From Ophelia neglecta (taxonomy: Eukaryota), in assembly GCA_965285935.1 (NCBI GenBank), contig OZ260661.1, positions 120,032,001-120,096,000 of the forward strand: DNA of 64,000 bases, in the 5' to 3' direction. Position numbers and translations under genes: made by a program. Positions 55,401 to 64,000 of this stretch are shown here, piece by piece. The notes beneath the pieces were generated by a model. The model did no database searches, was not told the origin of the DNA, and saw only the letters and a list, made by a program, of their open reading frames with translations. Numbering within the stretch: position 1 is the first letter of the stretch; each line of letters starts with the position of its first letter.

Positions 55401-58400
55401 ATGTGCCACTGGTGTTAGTCCTTTCAAGTTATGTTCCTGGTAGATCTAAGTGTTAGACAATAGAATGCTGTTGTTCATTTACATTTACAACAATACAGAC
55501 ATGAAATGTGCATGGTGTGGAAAGGAAAATGAAGACACGTCAGATCTTCAGTGGTGGTATGACCATTGGGAGAATATGATGCCTTTGGTTTGGCCTACTG
55601 GTATATGAACTTGTTCATAGAAAATGTATTATTTATTGTTATTTATTTTTCCCAAGTTGTGTTTTGTGTGTATATATATATATTTATGTACATGTATATA
55701 CTAATTACAGTCCTTATTGATTTTTGTAGTTCTTGTACCTGATCTTATGGAATAAGTAATTTTTATTTGTACTCAGTTCTTATGATATTCTTGGTTTTAT
55801 TATGTACCAGCCTGCATTTTGCAAAAGGATAATTATAGATAATGCCATATTTGAATCTCCACAAACAGTGCCATTGATGGTGAACTATTTTTGTCATTTA
55901 AAGCAGTGCCTTTGAATTCATGGCTTAAAGTTATAATAAATAGTTAATAATAATTATTATTATGGACTATGTATTAGCAAATTTACATCTTTTGATGATT
56001 GAAATACTCAGAAACTAAATTTTGTATTTCTAACAATTTGGGCATCCATTTTTAATTCTAAGTGCTCTTTTGCTGGCCAATCTTAATTAAGGACTCTGAC
56101 CATGAAATAAAAAATGTGTTTAATGGTATTGGTAATCTACCGGACCAACCTTTACATTTTGCATTGGAGCATTTAAAAAATGGTTATTATTATTCTTATG
56201 ACTGATAAAATGCAAGATTAAGTGGCAAATAACCTATTTTTAATTATAATGTTTCATTTATGCAATTTCTCAGTTCAATTGAAGCATGTGGCTATGAAGG
56301 AAAAGTTAGTTTTGTAGCTAAGTTTACATTGGTTCTGATTGAGCCACCAGCTTACCAGTGGGCCACCCAGTTTGAGAACCACAGAATTAGTATCAGATGC
56401 CCTTATTAATTTAATATGCTGTTTTCTATAAATTGTCAAACCTGTTAAATTCAAACTCTGTTCATATGGTAGTGATTTTTTCTGTCTTGGAACAGCAAAG
56501 TGTGCCAAGTCAACAACTTGCTTTCATGTTTTACTATTTATAGGTGAATTATTACATACACAGTGTTTTGTCTTTCAGAAATTTAAAGCTAGGCAGTTTT
56601 CACAAAATTGAGATAGTACAAAATGACAGGGTTAAGGTGATGTTATAGGCTATACCTGCTTATCCTCTTATGAAAGTCTCAATTCCAAGGATATTTCCAA
56701 CTTTCCAAAAAAAGTTCCTGCTTTGACTATATAAATGTACAAATTGTCGATAAAAATGATCCTGAAAATATTCAGCATGCCTGCACAACGAAAAACAACC
56801 ATATATTAAGTAAGCTTGCATGTAAATCTATTATGGTGACCACCAATTTTACTTAAATCAAAATAAATCAAAAAGGCACTTGTATAAGTTTAAACTGAAG
56901 TAAGTTAATCTTTTTTCTTTTACATGAGAATTCATTAAAAAAATGTGTATGTTTCTTGTGTACAATACAAGCTAGTCTGAAATTTTTCCTCTGGCTGTGA
57001 CTGTTAAGAGGTGCTTTTCACAAGGACTATTGGACTGACCTTATAGGATGTCTCTATGGTCATTATTACCACATTTTGGTTGGTTCATTTTTGGAAGGCC
57101 TCGGCTTTGAAATGTTATCCTTTTTGGCAGGCCACTCTGTGGATGGCCCTTTTTTCTCAAACCGGGATGGCCTAATGCAAGTGAAGCTAATATTTATAGC
57201 ATTTCTGTCATATATCTATAAAGACGTTTTAAATAGCTATCATATTTAATATGTGTATTAAATTGGACCCTAAAGCTACATACTGTCCTAGGCATTTTCA
57301 TTATATGTTATATACCTGACTTGTGTGTATGCAAATGATGCAGATTTTTATGAATTCATGAACTTGAATAAGTGAAATACCTTTATCATGTGCAATAAAC
57401 TAATGATTGTCATAACTTTTGTAATTAACAAGTACAATACTGATATGCATATTCTATTAAATTGATTTGTTGTGTTTCATACTATTTTCTTTTAACTTAT
57501 TTCATCGCGTCAAAGCGTATAATAATAAATCAAATTTTATGTCTTGTGGTTAAGAAACTGTAACACAGTAACACTGATCCCATTAATTTGAGATTTCACA
57601 TGTAGTAAATAATAGAATAGTTTTGCTAGAGAAAGGGCTTATAATTTTACTGGTTAGTTATATAGTAAGTAAATTTTCTGGCTGGCCCAGGCATGCCTGT
57701 GGAGGGGAGGGGTAAAAGGCACTACAGAAGTAAGTGCCAATGGTGTGAGCAAAAGTCAATATTTACTCTCAAACTCTAGTCGTATTATCCTATGCATGTT
57801 GTTTGTGCTTTGAACATTCATAATCTTACTTTATTATGTTGAGGAGTTACCTTGAAATTATGATTACCCTATTATATTCCTAAGATTAAATATTAAACAC
57901 CATCATTTGTATTTTATGTAAACAGGTCCCCATTGGTAGTAAACCCATTTTTTATCAACTATGCTCCTGATATAATTTTTTTGACATTTTATCTGTAACT
58001 GTTTCCCATTCTATCTACATTTTCTGTAATAATATATTTCCAATATATCTGTGAATGTGAAAAACTCATTTTGGATTGTATGTATTGTAACCAAGTTATT
58101 ATGTCTTTATCTAATGAATATTTATTGTCTGTTTTACAATTTTAGTATTATTTTAACTGTTCATCATTGGAAGTATTTTATTGACTTGGTTACTTGAAAA
58201 TGTCTTGGTTTAATAAAGTGTTTGAATTGAAAAAAAGTGTATTTTGTGGAGTGGGTGACACAGTGTATATATATAGTGGGGGATAAACTCTTAACAGTAG
58301 AACCATACTGCAAGACTAATGGATAAAACTATTGTGTATTAAATTGAAAACTAGATTGGTTTTTTTAGCCTGCATAATTTAGTACAAATGACGGAAGGTG

Positions 58401-58627
58401 CCATCCTAAATTGAGGGGTAAGTTGACTGAGAATGGGTCACTCTTAGTGCTACGGACTTGCACATGTCCTGAACAGAGGGATTTGTGCTTTTGCAAATAA
58501 TGGCAGATCATGGGATTTTAATTTGGCATTTAGCGATTTGGCACAATTCAGTAACTGAGTGATTCTCTTTATTTTCATGCTCCTTTTATGCTGGACCCAA
58601 TACGTAAATCATGAGTTTCAATTGACC

Positions 58628-58985
58628 AATCCTCTGTGGCACAACTGGTGAATGTGTGCACATTTAAAGCATCTGATACGTGACCAGGAGAATGCGTGTT
58701 TGAGTCCCATCAGAAACAGGGGGTTTTTGTCTGCATTCGGCCCCAATCCAGGGTAGGCCAAGGTAGGCCTGCTACAGGCCTAATGGGAAGGTTAAAAGCC
58801 AGGTGAATGAGCATCATCCACTTAAAGGATGTGACAAAGGAGGGTGACCGGGGCTATGACCTAGTATTGTAGGGAGGATTACCCGGCGATCCTGCAGGTG
58901 TCGAAGGGTCAACCGGGCCTGGGTAACTCCGAGGTAGTAGTCGGAATGGTCCGGCAAATGCTAGATCATGACTGGTCACGTTGTT
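58628..58985 (+). mobile_element. tRNA-derived SINE-like element with a GC-rich structured body
   Basis: Pol III A-box-like TGGCACAACTGG (58637-58648) and B-box-like GTTTGAGTCCC (58698-58708), then about 280 nt of GC-rich sequence in AT-rich DNA. Confidence 0.5.
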
Positions 58986-60829
58986 AGAAAGATGGTGCTC
59001 TCACCCTTCATGCAGTCCCTTAGCGAAATGCACCCATATATAGAAAATATATGTAAAAATACGTATGTGGTGTCTTATGTTCATGTCCAATGTATGTGCT
59101 GTGCATATAACAAAAAATGGTCGGCGTTGGCCACAAAAATATTTCAATTGCTACATGAAAAATGAGGTTCATGAAGATATGAATTTACCCCTACTCTAGA
59201 CTTATTAGAATTATTGTTGTCACAAACAATGTTGACCGACACACCAAGGTGGCCATCCTTCTTTTTTAACTGACCCAAAACCCATCTCAGTTCATTTCCC
59301 CCTAGGAAAAATAGCTCCCATGCAGCAGGTATAAAATCTTCCATTTTTCAAGTCTTCCTTGCTTTGGGCCTACTACTACCCTGCTTACAGTTTTCATGTG
59401 GCTAATGCCATAATAGTGACTTTGTAATGAAGTTTCCCTCTGTGAGCGGGGTATAGGTCTACTTGCAAAATTCATGCAATTATCCGATGAAAATTAGTTT
59501 TAACAGTATCTGACAAATATACAATTAAAATACAGTAAGGCAAGAAATACTTGTCAACAGAAAATATTCACGATTTTCCCAACTGATGCAAATATAACAA
59601 TAACTTTCTGCGTGATCATTAACTATTGTGAAAAGTCATTTCACAGTACAGGCCATCAGTGAATATTTCATGAACCAAATCATAGAGCTTAATCTAAATT
59701 CACACTTTCCTCTGGCATAAATTTCTTGGATTATAATAAGACATTTAAGTGCAGCACACATAAACTGCATGGACATGGGTTTGTCAATGCCATCTTGTTT
59801 AATTTTTTTACAGCATAGTATAACTAGGCCCATGCTGTCAGGGGGCAGACAGCAAGGGGTTTATCCGCCAATGTGTGCAATTGTTGATTGGCATACATGC
59901 TACAAGATTGGGTTATGAATATGCTAGTTCTTAGTTTGTACGAAAGACAAGGAAAGTGTTTGCACCATTAATGAAATAAATTAACTGAAATAGTATAATG
60001 ATGTAAATTTTATGACAAAGGCCACATCATGGTCAAACTTCCCTATATAACTCATTAATAAAGAAATAAAAGCTTAACTAATTTTTCTATCATTATCAAT
60101 AAAATAAAACAAAACACCAAGGTATTAATGTCGAATTTTCGGCAGGCAAGCCTGCCTTCTTCTGGACTTTATTTAAAATGAAAGGTTTATATTGACTAGT
60201 GACCCTTCCCCTGTGACGATATACCGTGACTTCATACTCAACTATCGCTACCTTTATCCACCGAGCAAACTTATTCCTGCCCCTACTTCATGCTCCCCAT
60301 CACACGGTGGATTTATTATACGGGTCGCTGAAAAGATACCCATTGGACCGGGCAGTCCTCCAGGCTATCCAACAGCGACCCCTAACTACCATTTCTAACT
60401 ACAAATATCAAAATTTCACACCCTTTAAAAAAAACTTTAGACTAGTTATTAAGTACTGTAAGAATATCCTTTGGTGTTATTTATTATAGAACCCAATGTT
60501 GTCAGCGAGCTACCCAACCCTTACTCCTCCTGGTATTGGTTATATAGGCAGGAGGGGGAGGTATGATTTCCTCAGTGCTGGAACAACCAGAAGTTTACTC
60601 TTCTCGGGATCCATAGTATAGAATAATTAACCTGAGATTATATTTATATAAATTCATTGACACGGACACCACCTTTAGAATCTAAATTTAAATAGGAAAC
60701 CGACCATGGATGATAATGGAATTTTAATAGTGAATGACTTTTACACTCTAATTGTTAAGAAGCTACTAAAAGTTACAAAACACTATAGTTTGTGTCATAC
60801 CATTTAATGTTATATTATATTATATTAAA

Positions 60830-61216
60830 TCACGAGGGTAATAAAATCAACACTAATTTATTTTTATTTAACCCATTAGGCATTAGAGTTTGAAGTTTCA
60901 CAATCCATTTACTCTCTGATATTTTTCTAAGCTGTTCTGGTTTTGTGCCCAAAGCCTCTAAACCCACCACCTTAAAATCCCCCAGGCCATGATCATGTGT
61001 GTTAAAATGAACAGCTACCTCGGAAGTATTACATTTTTGTACCCTTACATTACTAATATGGTTGTTTAATCTTTTGTATAAATCTGTACCTGTTTCCCCT
61101 ACATACACTATTTTTTGGCACCTAGCACACCATATCCCATATACCGCGTTATGCGTCTTACAGTGAATATCCCCAACTATCTGATATTTCTTATCCTTAA
61201 TTTCAATAAACCGCAA
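60830..61216 (-). pseudogene. GIY-YIG endonuclease domain of the Penelope-like element
   Basis: VYGI..YVGETG motif, conserved Arg, HFN, Glu and PNGLN. Confidence 0.9.
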
Positions 61217-61395
61217 TATGGAATCATTCTCTTACATAATACACAATGTTTACTCCCACATGCCCGTGAACCCTCGTCTTTTCTATAGAACATTCTTTCA
61301 TGTTTACTATGTACTAATATGTCCGCTATATTTCTATTTATTTAAAATGACACTAAAGGAGGCTTTTTAAAAACCTCCTTACATCTATCTGAATT

Positions 61396-63187
61396 TTACA
61401 ATAATGACATGTTTCTTCTTACAATACCATGAATATTTGGAAGCCAACTTGAAAAATTTATCACTAACGGAACCCTCACAGTATCATCCCTATTAAGTGT
61501 TTTTCTGTATCTCAGAAGTTCTACTCTATCCGCACTATCCACCCCCTTAACTGACATCCTGAGTTGTTTCCCATCATAGCCTCTTTTTTTCAAATTATTT
61601 ATCATATTATCCCTATTTTGTCGGTACTTTCCCTCATCACTACAAATCCTTTTTATTCTTATTGCCTGTCCTTTAGCTAGCCCTTGCTTTACATGTTTAG
61701 GATGGTCAGAATCTTCGCGAATGTACAGGTGCCGATCCGTGGGTTTAACAAATAAATCTGTCTCTATCTTTGAACCGTTTAAAGTTGTCTTGGTAGCTAA
61801 AAATTCAACTGTTTCGCCATTCCTTAACTCTATTTTAATATTAGGGTGATTATCATTAGCCAACCTCCCAAACTCTTCCAGTTCTAACCTTGTCCCGCCC
61901 CATAATCCCCAAATGTCATCAACGAATCTATAGATCCCATTAGGCTTTACTTTCGCTCTTTCTAGTAGCTCTTTCTCCCATTGAATTAAGTAAGCAGAAG
62001 CATAATTTTTACCTAGTTTACTGCCTATTGCGGTCCCTACCTTTTGTCTGAAATATTTCCCACCGAACTCAAAATAATTGTTTTCCAAAACCAAATCAAT
62101 CATTTGTAATATTCTTTCTGTATGTGTGTCTTTGCAACTTCGGCCTTCCAGTGCTACCTTGCATGCTTCCCTACCTTCCTTACGCGGCACACTAGGGTAT
62201 AATTTATTTACATCCATACAAAATAATATTGCTTTCTCTGGGATTTCTTTTTTTGTTTAGCTCCTCAATTTTTTGAATAAAGTGTGTCGTGTCTTTTATA
62301 AACGTATCTGACTGAACCACAAATTCCTCTAATTCTTTCTCGCAAAATTCTGCTATGGGGGTAGTTGGATGATTCACTGAACTTATTATTATTCTTAAAG
62401 GCTTTTCTGTTTTATGCATTTTTGGATTACCTTTTATTTTCACATAGTTATAGTATTTTGGATTAAAATGGCTTTTACTTCCTCTACTGAACTCCTTATT
62501 ACCAACCTCCCCGTCCAAAAGATTTCTGAGTTTTTTCTTTAGGGTTTTGTCAAAATTTACTTCCGCTTCTTCATATAAATCGGCATTGTCTAATTCCTCC
62601 CTGAGCTTCTGTTCATAATCATTCCTATTTAATACACATATACCCGAACCTTTATCAGCCGGTCTGATGACTATACTGTCATCTTTTAAAATCTCTTTTA
62701 CTGCACTATGCTCCCGTTTAGTAAGATTGCTATCTATTCCTGACTTCAAATTATTTAGGATATCATTTTTTACACTATCGATGTACGCATCTAACCATTT
62801 ATCCCTGCCGTTCGGTGGTGTCCAAGCACTTTTCTTTTTATTCCTAATTTTGACATTTCTTCTCCTACTTACCTCTACCGACTCACCTGTTCCTTGCTCA
62901 TTAACACCTTCATCATAAAAAAATTCTGATAATCTCATTCTCCGTTCCCACTCCTGTAACTGTTGTTTAATTTCGAAGATGTCCGGTCTGTCCCTACTTG
63001 GTATATATTTAAGACCTTTACCAATTACCGATTTTTGTTCATTGGTTAAAACTTTATCCGATAGGTTAAAAATTGTCGCGTCCTGTCCATTACTCTCTTC
63101 TGAACCCTTCCCCGTTTTAGCTCCCCGCACCCGCTTCAGTTTTTTTACTTTTCGAGCTCCCGCTTTTCGCTTACCTTCTGGTTTCAA
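61396..63187 (-). pseudogene. Penelope reverse transcriptase region (frameshifted)
   Basis: ORFs 62204..63187 and 61396..62217 join through a frameshift at an A-run near 62245-62256 (..EIPEKAILFCMDVNKLY..). Confidence 0.9.
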
Positions 63188-63268
63188 TTCACTATCTTCA
63201 TTTAAAATTGGATTTACATCATTTAAACTAAGAGCGTCATACCTATTTACATCTACAAAGTCTTTGGT

Positions 63269-63940
63269 TCATGTCTTTATACCCCTTGTCCGTCCGTATC
63301 CATTTCGTCTGATTCCTACCAATGTCCACTTATTCATATCCTCTATGTCATTTGCGTGTTTTGCAGAATCTGTTGTCTTTACCGGTGTTAGAATATTAAA
63401 ATGTTCATTCTTCAGTCTAAGGTTTATGTCTTTCTGGTTATCTTCTCTATGTCCGCCATTATATTTGATCCATCGTTTACTTGATTCGCAATACACTTTT
63501 ATAACTATACCTAACGAGTCCGCTGTTGCCCCGATCTCACAATCTGTTGCGTATGACTCAGTTGATCCGTCCGTTTTTCGCATATCTTCCATATGTTTGG
63601 CATTATTACCTGTGAAAAATGATTGGTATGCTACATAATTTTGTTCCATATAATCAACCGTTTTGTTCCTAAAATATTTGTGTTTTTCTTCAGTTCCCAT
63701 CATACACTTACTGATACACCGAAAAAAACAATTGCCGTCCCCTTTTACATCTACTATCTGCCAATCATTGTTATCAAACTTCATACAACCTGTATCTATG
63801 TAATCCTCGTTTGTTAAGATAACCTTATTGATCTCTTTGCGTTTTTTCGTTTTATCAACACTATCTTTAACTACAGATCTAAATTTACTTAGCTTTTGGT
63901 CAATCTCTTTCGCTGTTGAATATCCGAGCTCATCTACCAT
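63269..63940 (-). CDS. OTU-family cysteine protease/deubiquitinase domain of the Penelope-like ORF
   Basis: IVDVKGDGNCFFRCIS (Asp/Cys loop), YATDCEIGATA..L..VIKVY, INLRLKNEHFN (His/Asn); same frame as 62204..63187. Confidence 0.88.
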   Translation of the reverse strand: MVDELGYSTAKEIDQKLSKFRSVVKDSVDKTKKRKEINKVILTNEDYIDTGCMKFDNNDWQIVDVKGDGNCFFRCISKCMMGTEEKHKYFRNKTVDYMEQNYVAYQSFFTGNNAKHMEDMRKTDGSTESYATDCEIGATADSLGIVIKVYCESSKRWIKYNGGHREDNQKDINLRLKNEHFNILTPVKTTDSAKHANDIEDMNKWTLVGIRRNGYGRTRGIKT

Positions 63941-64000
63941 ACTCTTGTCTTCTTTCTTTGATTTCTTTGCCCAACGTTTCTAGTTTTTCACAGCACGTCT

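Larger units (their letters stand above)
60830..64000 (-). mobile_element. Penelope-like retroelement (Neptune-type architecture), decayed, with an N-terminal OTU domain; extends beyond the window end
   Basis: PLE RT (IVIRPADKGSG, GNPKMHK..PLRII, MDVNKLYPSVP, GTAIGSKLG, RFVDDIW, FVKPTDRHLY, SDHPKH); CxxxxCxxC linker (CGSKHCVLC, about 61233-61262); C-terminal GIY-YIG (VYGIWCARC..YVGETG..R..H..VHFN..ESKWI..L.T..PNGLN). Frameshifts/stops near 62250, 61396, 61340 and 61220. Confidence 0.93.

Noticed and set aside
58628-58716. Functional tRNA gene
   Set aside because: No coherent cloverleaf or anticodon arm; degenerate B-box; continues into a SINE-like body.
58690-58720. Minus-strand CTGATGGGACTCAAAC as a minimal hammerhead core
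   Set aside because: Both conserved core motifs deviate, and the sequence is better explained as the reverse complement of a Pol III B-box.
62979-63638. 219-aa plus-strand ORF
   Set aside because: Antisense shadow of the A-rich Penelope ORF.

Overview
AT-rich (roughly 35-37% GC by eye) intron-rich animal genomic DNA, probably a marine invertebrate; not prokaryotic. Most of the window (2775-43353, +) is one PP2A regulatory subunit B56 (gamma/delta-type, PPP2R5C/D) gene, reconstructed exon by exon with GT-AG boundaries and consistent phases (584 aa with exon 11a). The exon encoding '[13 protein letters not shown]...HWNK' is present as three tandem, apparently intact, frame-exclusive copies (11a/11b/11c). 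The introns between them hold competing complementary segments arranged like a docking-site/selector system, and the gene has several candidate alternative C-termini. Downstream lie MTFP1 (-) and an InaF-motif small membrane protein gene (+), head-to-head. The right end holds a decayed Penelope-like retroelement (RT, Cys linker, GIY-YIG) whose reading frame is continuous, apart from one TGA, with an upstream OTU cysteine-protease/deubiquitinase domain with intact catalytic residues. Introns carry hAT, Tc1/pogo and PIF/Harbinger MITEs, a 5'-truncated L2/Crack-type LINE and a minisatellite. A second tandem repeat and a tRNA-derived SINE-like element are intergenic, and a possible F-box/LRR relic sits at the left end. 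All homology calls are from recalled motifs, not database searches.
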